In this document: positions 25,216 to 37,300 of the stretch, piece by piece
Layout of the letters: the number at the start of each line of letters is the position of its first letter
Position numbering within the stretch: the stretch's first letter is position 1
NCBI RefSeq assembly: GCF_001949145.1
Contig: NW_019091356.1
Coordinates: forward strand, 799,660 to 863,659
Source: Acanthaster planci
Taxonomy: Eukaryota
Length of the DNA stretch: 64,000 bases
Direction of reading: 5' to 3'
Position numbers and translations under genes: made by a program
Notes under the pieces: generated by a model
The model's database searches: none
Told to the model about the DNA's origin: nothing
Seen by the model: the letters and a program-made list of their open reading frames with translations, nothing else

Positions 25216-27495
25216 TTCGTAAGATACAGAAATCTCACAAAAAACAGCAGAATTTCAGTAGCCCCAACTGCTCTCTTCCAGTCCCTCGTAAAATCTAACG
25301 CTGGATCACATCGCGGACGCTTAAAAAGCAGCCCTCCGCTGTTTGCTGCACAATACATTACTCGAAAACTCCAGTGTCTACGTGCAAAATTGGCAGTTCA
25401 GGGCCACGGTCATCGGCCCCTTTCTTGATGTAAACAAGATCACGTGCACAGTTCAATGATCGCGCGCGAACCTTAACTGGACTGTTCCACTAATCTATGT
25501 GGAGATGTAACCGAATCAAACGCTGAAAAAAGGGAAAAGACAATTGCATGTACATAACATACACCTTAAAAGAGATTTTTATGCCAATATATTTCTATAT
25601 TATTCTTATTTTCTAAATTGCAATCATCCCTTGGTATTTTTAAATCATAAACAGCAATTTCCCAACTATCCGGCAAAACATGTCACTGCTGTGTTATAAA
25701 TGATACGGTCTGTCAACAAGGCGCGTGCGTGAATGAGGATCCAACGACAGATGCGTGCAATTCTCAGAATTTCTGGTAATCGAACGGTGCCTCATCATTT
25801 CCTCGGAAATGGAACAAACCATTGAGAAACATAAGAGCGTCTTTTAGTGTGGCACGATTTTGAAATTTTACAATTATTATGGTTGGCATGATGGATATTG
25901 TTTTCTTCTCCATGTGCCTGAACAATACGTTTTCTTACGGTGTTGCAGCCTCCACGCGCGCTGAGAACCAAGTCGAACGTCCACGGAGAAATAAGAACGC
26001 CCATCCTTATTCATCCATGCTCAACTTTTTAAGCCTCTGTCTGTGTTTTGAGAGAAAGTGTGTGAAATTATATGTATTCTTCGCCAAATAAACAAGAACA
26101 CCAAGTTTCAAGTATCATATCTTATTACAGAAATATATATTTTTTTATAAACAGTTGCACGAAGTCATGATTAGAAACCAAGTCAGCCTAGGAAGTAGGA
26201 TAGATTAGAAACCATGCTGAATCGTTATTTTACCTCTATGCAAATTACACCGAACAATGTTACACTCGATGTTAACACGTTAATTCATACTTTGTTCTTC
26301 TTTCATCTTTACAAATAACATTTCTAAAACATCCTTTAGAAATCAAATATTTTGATACCCCTTTCATTTTGCTCCTTTCTAATACTCCATGCCCCCTTCT
26401 TGCTACACCTAGGCAAGGCTGCCCCTGGCCAGCCTGAGCGCCCGAACAGCCGGATAGCTAGCTGGCTGAGCTCGTCACGGTTGGGCTGGGGTGGCCTACG
26501 TGCACCAACCCCAGAGTATTAGCACAGTCAAGGCCAGTTGTGACGTGTTTGTTGGGACCCTGGCGAAATGAACAGATTAACATACAATGGTCACGGGTCT
26601 TCGTTGCTTTTCCCGGTCGTTCAGTAGGCCTACCAGGTTTCAGTACAGTGACCTAGAGGAACAACATAGACAAAGTATGGAGGAAACGGAAAGCAGAAGG
26701 CAACATGTTCAAGGCTCATGCTGAAGCGCATTCTAGCTGTTCCTTTGTGTGGAAATCCTGCATAACATTCAGCGTACCCATTGATCTGTTCCAATTAATC
26801 TTCTCATCAAAACTTATCATTTCGCTGGACTTTGCCCAATATTCAGGGTACAGTCACTGACCGAGAAAATGATCCCGTGTACACGTAGGCCTCTTATTGT
26901 CACGACCGAGAGTTTCTCGACTATTCAAGTAAACTGGGATGAACAAACAAGAATGTTATGAAGGGGCATTCCAGCAAAGAAAAATATAAACAAGTGGTGT
27001 TTACTTAGAACTGAAGAAGTTAAATTTGCGTTCATTCCTCAAAAATGTTTTAGAATTTTTCAAGTTCAGCCCAGGCGCTCCAGGTTTTCTCGTTTCATTC
27101 TGTCTGAGCGAGAACCGGTAAATCATGAGTTGTAGCTGAGCACAGGGCAGGGTCACTTTTTCTTTAACAAACTGAATGCAACATCGGGATTCCATGAGCC
27201 CCCTTTCAGAAAAACTGGAATTACCAACACTTCTTTCTTTTTTATTTTATTGCAAATTCAGAACATTTGACGTTTGACTCTATGGACAATTGATCGTCTC
27301 CAAAGAAAATGTGTTTGTTGGGCGACGTCACGTTCACGATGTGGCAAGATATCCTGCTGAAAATTTGCTGGCCTGAGTGATAGTAAAAAAAAAAGAGAAA
27401 TCTGCACGGTATGAACTTCCGGCTGAGGATTTTTTGAACAGTTTTCCTTGCAGTGTTGCGCAGCATGGGCGTTGTTAGGATTTTCGGGGGGGGGG

Positions 27496-27673
27496 NNNNN
27501 NNNNNNNNNNNNNNNNNNNNNNNNNNNNNNNNNNNNNNNNNNNNNNNNNNNNNNNNNNNNNNNNNNNNNNNNNNNNNNNNNNNNNNNNNNNNNNNNNNNN
27601 NNNNNNNNNNNNNNNNNNNNNNNNNNNNNNNNNNNNNNNNNNNNNNNNNNNNNNNNNNNNNNNNNNNNNNNNN
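27496..27673. other. Assembly gap
   Basis: Run of N following a poly-G tract. Confidence 1.
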
Positions 27674-27759
27674 NGAAACAAAAATAGCCAGGTTCCGTTT
27701 TCAAAAGACGCACTCCAATAATTATTCTACACAAGCAGCCATACCACCCCGAAACCATC

Positions 27760-30700
27760 ATGGCGTCTGCCAGAAGTCTCAATGCAGGGCTGGTTACTAG
27801 CGAAGTACCGAACCTTCGAACAAACTATTTAGGCAGGGGCAGAGGCAGAGGAAGTCGTGGCAAGAATTCCAACATTTCATCGGCTCCATCTGGCCTGGCA
27901 AAAGAAGGTGACAAGCAGCAAAATGACAACATTTCACCCGCTGAAGTTGAAGCTGCAGCTGAGGGAGTAAATTACTCTGCATTAAAAGCGGTAGGGCCTA
28001 TTGCCGCCATTGTCATGATTTGTGTAACCGTGGAATGAAATTGTTCATTTGTAGTATGGTCAGTGTAAACTTCAATAAAAAATAATTATAAAGAGTATTT
28101 CGAGATGTCTTAAATCAGGACCTTTTCAACTTTGTTCCCTGTGAACTTGATTGAGCACTGTTGAAGAGAGAAAGCATGGGGAAAATGAAGTTGGAAATTA
28201 CAAACATGATTGATATGTAAAATCAACATGATACCAGGCTTTTATGTTTGTTTTAACACTGTTTTGGGAATGAGTTCCATGTTTGGACAACACTAATTTT
28301 CCCTTAAACATGTTAAAATGTTGTAACAGCCAGAAAGTGATAACATGTCATAAAAGTGAAATTTAGTTATGAAAATTCTAAAGTATTTCTTAGAAGACAC
28401 TTCCTTTTTTTCAGACAAGTCTCATAGGTTTATTTACAGGGGCACCAAGTGTTGTTCGTGTATGAGCTCTTTCCCTGTTTGTAAACTAGGTAATAGCATT
28501 GCAGGGTCATAATCAATAAAGCTTGTTTGTATGCTTTTCTCACAAGTCACAGTCCAACACATTTTGGCAGCAAAATCATCAAGTAATTGTTTGGCTGGAA
28601 AGAATTGTATACGGACGCCACTAGACACCATGTGAACAAACCACATGAGACTGGTCTGAAAAGTTGCAAGTGTTTTCTAAGTATGTGTAGATGCATCAAC
28701 ATTTTCACTGCTAAATTTGACTTTTATGATATTTTATTGCTTTCACATAGCCCAGGTTGGATGACGTCTTCATGACATACGACTAACGTTATGTAAAGAA
28801 GACGTTATCCAACTTTGATTATCTTTCAGATAGCTTATAAGTCACTATAAGGGAAAAATAGGGGTGTCCAAAAATGAAATTCTTTGGCTATGGTCTTTAA
28901 TGATTGTCTCTGATAGGAGGACAAGGTACTTTATCTTCTGAAAAAGATGTGCTCTCAACATCCAAATCAAAGAATAATTGAACTGTCAGCAGAGGATGAA
29001 AGTGCAATCTTGGAAAAAGTGCTTGAAAGTATTTCCACAGGCCAGGAGTTATGCAGTCTGGTTTCAGGTCTCTACGATTGGACCCTGCAAAATCCAGCTA
29101 CAACATCCTGCGTGGCGAGTCTCAGTGCTCAGCTTTCCAAGTATGACAAATTAATTTCTGTATGTTTTCCTGTTTGTATATATGTGTGGTGGAATATCTG
29201 GAGCTTGGAGGTTGTGGGTTTGAATGTCACTCAAGTAAAGCTTGTAAATTTCATCTATCTAGCTCAATGTGGTATTCGAGTTTATCACAAGTCCCTGTAA
29301 GTCCATCACAAGTCATTCAGTCTTAAGCCAATTCACAGGCTATTCAAATGAGCTGTGACAAAAGCATTCTTTTGTTATTGTTCACCCTATTATTTATGAC
29401 TGGCCTTTTGAAGAGACTTATGACTGGACTTGTGAAAGGACTTGTGAAGGGACTTGTGATGGACTCGAATACAACACTGATCTAGCTGTTGACAGACCAA
29501 AACGTATAAGTTAAATAACTGATAGATAAAGCTCAGCATAAAAGCTTGTAGTGCCCTGGCAAGTTCTAATTCCTTCTGAAAGGATTATCCAACATTTCTA
29601 AAGCAGGAAGTGATACATGTATTTCAGTTTAAGTCAAAAAGGATTGACTGAAACAGGATTTGAACCTACAACCTCCATGATACTGTCAAGTTGCTCTACC
29701 TACTGAGCTGTATATTCCCGTATTAGTGATATTTCAGTCTTGAGGATGCATAACTATTATATGATGGTAATCTTCTATCAAGGCTGAATTTGTATTCAAT
29801 TAAGTTACTGTCCTTTTTTGTTTGTTTCTTATTTTGAAAAAATAATCAAGATTTGAGAAGGGTGGTGTTTCTTTCCGCTCCGCCTTGATGAATCCCCTGG
29901 AGGCTGACTTCCAGTCTAGAGATGAGTGGAATAAAGACCAGCCAATAAGATGGCTTTCCTATGTCTGTTTGATGTGTGACCTGTATGCCATGATGAAAAC
30001 AGCAGCTGATGGGTACTTGAATGCCCTGGTTGAGCCAGTGTATTCATGTTTAGATCAGGTATATTCCAATTCATTTTTTTTTTGTTGGGGAAGTGGTTAT
30101 TGCAGCACTTTGTAGTGGAACTGTCTGGCTCTTTACATGTAGGTTATGATTTCTTCTCTCTTGAATTTTCAAATCACACTTTGATCCTGTGTGTTCTCCA
30201 AGTGCTTCAAATTTGCTTGTGGGGATTGAACGGTCATTTGAAGATGGAGGGCCAAGAGATATTGGTATTTGCCACACGGACATGGAAATAATACACGTAA
30301 TAAGAGTGTACTGTACGTTAAACGAATGCACTGTTCTCTCAGGTTTTCTAGTGCAATATGTACCATCTTCACCCTCAGTGTCCAGATGATGTCTTCTTGT
30401 AGTGCACTAAATCTAGTGATTTGATTGCATTTTTAAAATCCCAGCTGCTTACAGATAACAAGGCTTCAGACATTCAGATTGGATATGCCACCCTGAAGGT
30501 AGGTTGCATTGACATCAAGCTTTGCAAATTCATGAATATGTAGATGTTGGAGAGCAGATATTGCAGAGATTGAATGGAAAAAAGTGCAGTAGTGTAAAAT
30601 TTGAAAACTGAAATTTATAAACGTTCTTCCTGTTTGAAACTCAAGTTGTTTATAGTTACAATGCTTCATTTTTTTTAAAGTTTGTTTTAATAATTTTATC

Positions 30701-30925
30701 CTCCAGCTGAAGCAACTTGGCAAGATCTTGCAGACCAAAGAGCCCTCTAAGATGGAACTTTTAATGGAGGGATTGAGATCAAGATTTCTTGGGTCGGGTA
30801 CCAGTGCCACTGGTCGCTTGCTGCTGTTGGAGACCATAGAGTTGTACGCAAGCGGTTGGCAATTTGACGAAGAGACGACAACGGCATATGTAGAGCTAAG
30901 ACAGATGAGTCAGGAGAAAGCGTGA
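27760..30925 (+). CDS. MIF4GD: MIF4G domain-containing protein (MIF4GD/SLIP1-like), 5 coding exons
   Basis: Exons 27760-27990, 28917-29140, 29851-30058, 30445-30498, 30707-30925. FRSALMNPLEADFQSR, WLSYVCLMCDLY, ALVEPVYSCL and RLLLLETIELYASGW fit the MIF4GD/CTIF/PAIP1 HEAT domain. The N-terminus has a GRGRGRG tract. The start lies close to the gap, so the 5' end is uncertain. Confidence 0.75.
29265..29479. mobile_element. hAT-like MITE with an 8-bp target-site duplication
   Basis: ATCTAGCT|CAATGTGGTATTCGAG ... CTCGAATACAACACTG|ATCTAGCT; subterminal TCACAAGTCC repeats at both ends. Confidence 0.85.
29638..29720 (-). mobile_element. Diverged fragment of the tRNA-derived SINE-like repeat
   Basis: ATTGACTGAAACAGGATTTGAACCT...CTCTACCTACTGAGCT resembles 7239-7300. 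Confidence 0.55.
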
Positions 30926-31744
30926 GGCAGGGGAGGGAGACGTCATCTTTGATTGGCACTGGACTTCAGACTTGGCAATAAATGCTGCGTGTGCAGAAGA
31001 TGCTTGTGAGGGATTGTAATTGATGAACTTTTATTGTAAAGAATCACCTGATGAAGTCACTTCGTTGAGGATGTGTGAGCTTTGAGGAGGAGCAAGAGGT
31101 GACTGGACGTGTCACTGGGGTCTTGATTGACAGTCAAGGAACCAGATTTTAAGTTCACCTGCAACATCCATCAAGGAGGCCATGACCAACCTGTCATGTA
31201 GCTACTCAGTAGAAAATAAAGCTTAGTGAATGTATGTGCTAAGAATGAATCCGGCTACTTGCAAGAAAAATGCTTGACAATCATGAAATTCAACCCTGAT
31301 GTCAGTTCAAGTAATTCTGTATATAGACTGAGTATGGAGATTTCTTAAGAACCTGTGAAGCAGCAGACATGATAATGCATAGCCAGTTTTCATGCATGTG
31401 CAAAACTTCAAGCCGCCCGATAATCAGTTGTCAATCCCTCAACAAAAGCTGCATCTACATTGTACTGCGACAACAGGTGTTGGACAGACTGATTAGGGGT
31501 TTCAGTTGTCTTGAATGCATATTTATTGTTTTGTACATTTGAAAATGTGGTCGTGAAAGTAAAGCCAAAACAGCAAAAGTATTTGACATGGTTTTGGCAA
31601 ATTATTTAATGTGAAATGTTTTGATTGTTGGTGTACTGAAATCTATGCAAATTATCAGATTTCAGAACAAAAATTACATTTGAAATGGTGAGTTTTCCCC
31701 ATGCTCAATGTTTGATAAGCAATATTACTGTTAACTTGGGACCA

Positions 31745-32009
31745 GAGAACATGAAGATGTGAGAGGACATAAATATGTGAGAGGACATGAAGATGTGAGA
31801 GGACATGAAGATGTGAGAGGACACGAATATGGAGAGGACAAGATGTGAGAGGGCATGAGATTGTGAGAGGACATGAAGATGTGAGAGGACATGAAGATGT
31901 GAGAGGACATAAATATGTGAGAGGACATGAAGATGTGAGAGGACACGAATATGGAGAGGACAAGATGTGAGAGGGCATGAGATTGTGAGAGGACATGAAG
32001 ATGTGAGAG
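31745..32009. repeat. 18-bp minisatellite (GAAGATGTGAGAGGACAT) with a 122-bp higher-order duplication
   Basis: The variant block ACACGAATATGGAGAGGACAAGATGTGAGAGGGCATGAGATTG recurs at 31821 and 31943. Confidence 0.9.
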
Positions 32010-34317
32010 AAACGAGTGCTGCTGGTGTTGTAAGAAGTAGAAATGTTCAACATGACTTCACCTTAATTCTGCAAGGTAAATATTTCCTATTTGCCTAGGT
32101 TTTCTTTTTAACTTCCTGTACAGTCGGCATTTTATAACTAAATTCGAGAGAGCACATCATATACATAAGCAGGGCACATGTGCATATCTGTTTATTTCAA
32201 GTGTTTCTTCTAGGTGTTTTCCCAATTAAAGTGATAGGTTTTCAAGTTATTGGATACATTGCTCACCTGGGGAATGGGTTTTAATTCCTTTTACAAACAG
32301 TATGTGGTTAGCCTTCTTTGATAGTCTTCCATTTGTTTGGGTTCACATCTTGGTTGAGTAACAAAGGGTTGCCAATGTACGTTGTAACTTACAAACCAGT
32401 GAGACAATTTGTCACTTGCATAATAACATTTAGAATACTTAAATAAGGGACTTGGTCAAATGCATCAAAAAGACTGTGATATTCAAGAGTATTTGTAGCC
32501 ATTGAGTAAAATGTTTTGCCTTTGAGAAAGATTCTGTTAGGCTCTCCACCTGCAAAATATTTTTTTTGCCGTGAATTTCAATGAATGCATTTGAACTGTG
32601 AGGAGAAAATTATTTCATTGTTGCACTGTTCTCAAAGTTGTGACTTTTTGGTTTTTTCTAATGGATTTGCTTGTAAGTATAAATTGCATATTTGAATACA
32701 AATCCTAAGTAAGTGCACTTCCAACAAAGTGATAGGTCTTACAATTACAACACGGCTTATGATTTCTTTTGTAGTTTGAAAATCATAAGTTTTCAAGGTG
32801 ATTGCTCTTTGTTACCTATAAGTCTGTGTATTTTAAAAATACGGATTTTAGCTTTGCCAAATACCACCCCACTGGCTGAAACCAATTTGTATACAGCACA
32901 TTGAATCATACACAGTGTAAGTACACGTCTTGAATAAAATAAATTATTTAAAAGCAAATTCAGCAAGTCTTTCTCTCGTCTAAACTCATTAAGTGTACCT
33001 GTGGGACCTTTTACAAAGATGTTACTTTTTCCTCTAAAGTTGAGGAATATGAGGCAAGCTAACCTCTAACATTACTTGGGCCGTCAAATTTCAAATAAAA
33101 GAACAATGGCTGCATTTTACTCTCCTGAATTCACCATGTGTTGTTGAACATGATGCTGCATTTTGGCAGGTGTGAGACGTTACAAGTTACCTTTTGAACA
33201 GAACACGTAATTTTCCTCCAAAGATTCGACATTCATATGCTTGTTAGCAACACAGCCAAGTTGCCTGAAATGCACTACAAGCAAACCAAGCTTTTACAAC
33301 TAGGCCATCAACAGTTTGTTCAAACATACTCCAAGCACAGGTCACCTGTGAAAACCTCAAAGCGCTTCCAAATCTTTTTTAACAGGACATGTTTTAAGAG
33401 GAAAAAGGAGATGTGATGGCATGTTTCATGTTCTTATTCCTCCATGGTTTCATGAACTGACAGACTTCCAGTTTGGTGGTACGTCCCCTTTTGGGGCTGA
33501 TAATTTGACTCACTTTTTTGCTCAAATTATAAGCATTTATATGTCGAAGTTATCCATTTATTGTTTGTTTGTTTCAATCATGGAAAACACAGATTTTTTC
33601 ATAACATTAATATTGCACAGCGGAAACAAGGTGTGTAAAATTTCCCTTTAAAATGCACAGCAACATTATCAGGATTATCAGACTTGCGAAAAGTTGAAAC
33701 ACAAAAGAAAACATTGTCATTGCTGAAACAAACCTCTATTTGTTATTCCACTGCTTTGGAAAGGGTGTAACTGCACAACATTGCAAGGATTTAAACTTTC
33801 AACACTTCTTACACTTTCAAAGAAGTTCAAACAAACATATGACTCTTAAAAAGTCCCCATGACTCAAGTCAAAGATTTATCTCGGCCTATACATTTCCAT
33901 GTGAAGATTATCAAAACTATTAAAGGTCCTTAAGAATTCCCAAAAATGTAATCCCCAAGACAACTGGTTAAAATACTATGAATACTAATGTACTTTTACT
34001 CTTGTTGATACAGTTTATAAAAATACTTAACATTTGTCTATTCATTTTAAATATTTAGCATTTTTGTTCACCTCACCCTGCTTAAGAAACATCTTGGCAG
34101 TTTGGAACTCATTTACATTTTCATTCCTCAAAATATACAAATAATTGCCAATAAACCACACAGAATTTGACGTCAACTGAATACGCAGACTAGGTGATGG
34201 GGTGGCGGTGATGATGGTAGCATGACAATGGCAGCGAGGGATAAGACAGGGCTACATGATTCCTGAGACCTAACCCCATCAAGAAGACCTCTGTAGCCTG
34301 CACCAACACTGGTTCCA

Positions 34318-37300
34318 TCATTGCATCGTATTACCACTTTTAACGGTGGCTGAGAAGCGTGGGCGGCTCTTCAATTTCCCCGCCTTGCTCTGTTTTTCTT
34401 TTGCCTTCAACGTAGGAGATCTGTCACAAGAAATAAACACGCAGGTAGGCAAGGCAGTCGTCTGTAGCATCTGATTTTTCTTGCTTGTATTTCATGTAAA
34501 TGAAGATTACAAAATCAACTCAAGGAATGGGGTAGTGACATTTCTGCCATGGCAAAATAGAAAACTTAAATTTATCTTTCTTCAACTGTACATCAGTTTG
34601 CAAATTCAGCTTGAAATCTTAACTATCTCATAAGCCTTTTGAGCCTTTAAAACTGACAACAACACCAACTGTACTTACTGCAGAAGCATATCAATAGTTT
34701 GCTGAGTGGCTTTGGATTTCTTGTGGCTCGGACCATACAAACTGCTTTGAATACTGTAACACTGTGACCAAAAAAAAAAGAGAAAAAAGTAAAGCAGGTG
34801 TAAAAAAAATCAGTCAAATTATGTTGCCGAAGTAAGTTGGAAGGCAAACATTAATGCACTATTAGCCCAAGAAGAAAGATAAAACTTACAACCAACAAAT
34901 AGAGTTCGGAAGGGTCATTCTACAAATTTGGGGTCCAGAAGTCCGATATTTTTGTGTCCCTGTTACACCTGACCTGTGTACTTTTACGTGGAAATATCCA
35001 TGAAATTGACATCAAACTATTTTGTGTTTGGGAGGTAATTTGCATTACTTTAATAATTGAGAATGAAAGAACTGTTCTAAGCTGACAAAATTATTTCTGA
35101 GATGTGGCGGTGCCAGAAGAAAACTTGGATCTCACACTTACAGAATGATCCAGCACTAAGATCAGTGTGACAAGAAATGATTTGATCTTCACTGCAACTG
35201 ACATGTCTTACCTTCTTGAAGTACTTCATGGCCTTGTCCAGTTGTCCTTGGGACAATAGGATGGAACCGTACAGTCTGTACGTCTCCCCTACCTCCTCAC
35301 TGAAATCACCAAAGGTGGCACACTTGGAGGAAATTATCGTCTTGAGTAATGAAACTGCTTCCTGGGAAAAAGAAACGAAACAATGTATTTGCTGAGGCAC
35401 TAACTGTCAGAGAGTCAAGCTCTAGATAAACCTCATTTAAAAGAATTATTCACTTGAAAATTCCATGAGCACAAGTCTTCATTTGTTGCAAGCAGAAGAT
35501 CAGTTATGCAAATTTTTTAATAGAATAACTTATTGACTTGAAATTTCTGCACAATCCCACACAATCCGAGGGTTTGTAGTTTCCTTATTTTAATTCCACA
35601 AAACAATGCAAGGAAAAACATGGAATACGGGAACATAGGCATGCAGTAAAAAAATAAAAGGTCACCATATTTTACAAGATGACTGAAAATCAAATTTTAC
35701 CATTCATTCAAGTTAACTTATTTCACTTGTTTTCAACTACAACAAAGTTTTTACTAAAATTTACTAACACCCCAGTAAGGCACAGTACCCCCAAATAACC
35801 CTTTTTGGGAACATACAATTGAGAACTCAAGGATTTTGAATCTTGATTTCTATTCAACAATGAACTCTGACCTCTTGTCTGTCTGTTCTGATGAGCAGTT
35901 TACACAGACACTCTTGTGTTGTGATAGTCTTAGGGTGATGGGGACCGTACAAAACCTGTCTGATACCCAGACTCTCATCCAAGTATCGCTCAGCAGTGGC
36001 TGTTGGGACAAGCAGTCAAAGAGACAGAATGTTATCAGTCTTTTTCTATGACAGTTTTTGGACTTCATTCTACTCTAAGCTCTCTGCTTTACACATGCAC
36101 ACAACTACCTTCTATTACTGTAGACACTCGGTGGATTAGTTTTTCCAGATCAAAGCAGTGTCTGTCACATGTCTATATTACTCTCCAAAGGTCCACCATT
36201 TTCATTGATAGATTTTTTTCTCAAGCTGGACTTATTCTTTCACAGATGGTACTGTCTTTCTTGTTGTGTTGGAAAAAGTAAGCTGCTCAGTAATTTCTTT
36301 AAGCAAAGTATGATGCCAATTCTGTTTAAGGAAAACTAGGGCAGCTTCCAAAGGAGAAAGCTCCAGGGGTTGGCATTACACTCACCAAAACTGACAACCT
36401 GACGCATCAAGACAAAACTCAGACCTGTACTTACTTTCTGCTTCAGCGGAGGCTTGTTCGGAGTAGGCCAGAGCTAACTTGTATGCCGTCTCTGCGACTT
36501 CCTCACTCTGTCCGCTGTACCTGTGCAATCCATCATGGAAGAGTTCAATGAGGAATTCATGTCAGTGCAGGAGTACACGTCCCCAAGGTCAGTAAAAGTT
36601 TCCTGAGCTGCTTATGTAACGAGGAATACATGAAGCAATGTCTTCAGACACGGAGTGCAGAGCATGATTACCAAATTCGTAACATCTCTCACCCATCTGG
36701 AGGAAACCTTGTGCATATTGAGCTTCTTAACTTTCACTCCACAGCACCCACAAAAACATTTGAGCCTCTTTGGTGACTTACTTGGCTACAGTGATGGAAT
36801 GAGCTTGTAGATAATACTCTACTGCTTTATCGTGATTGGCATGTCGCCCCTTGCTCTGTTCCAAGTGAAGACAGTTAAGGAAAAAATTAAGATTTGATGT
36901 TCGTTCTTGTACTGCAATTATTGTGACTGTCATTTTTCAAAAACTTGGAGAACTGTCTGGATATGAAGAAACAATCTTTTCAGGCTTTTATTAACCAGCA
37001 ACACTCCTTTTTATAATTCTGAGTAAGACTCTTGCCTCCAATGTCAGTGTGTGTTTTTTACTTCATTTAAACTAGGTTACTCCTTTAGACCTTAGTCAAC
37101 TGTCTTTCCAAAGGATATTTTGCCTAAATCCTGGTATATCGGAATCAGCTCCAAGCTGTCTGTGCCATGGTGCTTCTCTGTCAGTCGTACCCCTTTCTCG
37201 TAATAACTTGCCCCCAAGGCTTGCTTGTTTTGGTTAGCATACAGCCTAAAAATGAACAGAATCAAGAAAGCAATGAAATCAAGACCAATTACAATTTTCA

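Noticed and set aside
27258..27800. ORFs spanning the N run
   Set aside because: They are open only because of the assembly gap.
31655..32053. Cys/His-rich repetitive ORFs
   Set aside because: They are translations of the 18-bp minisatellite.
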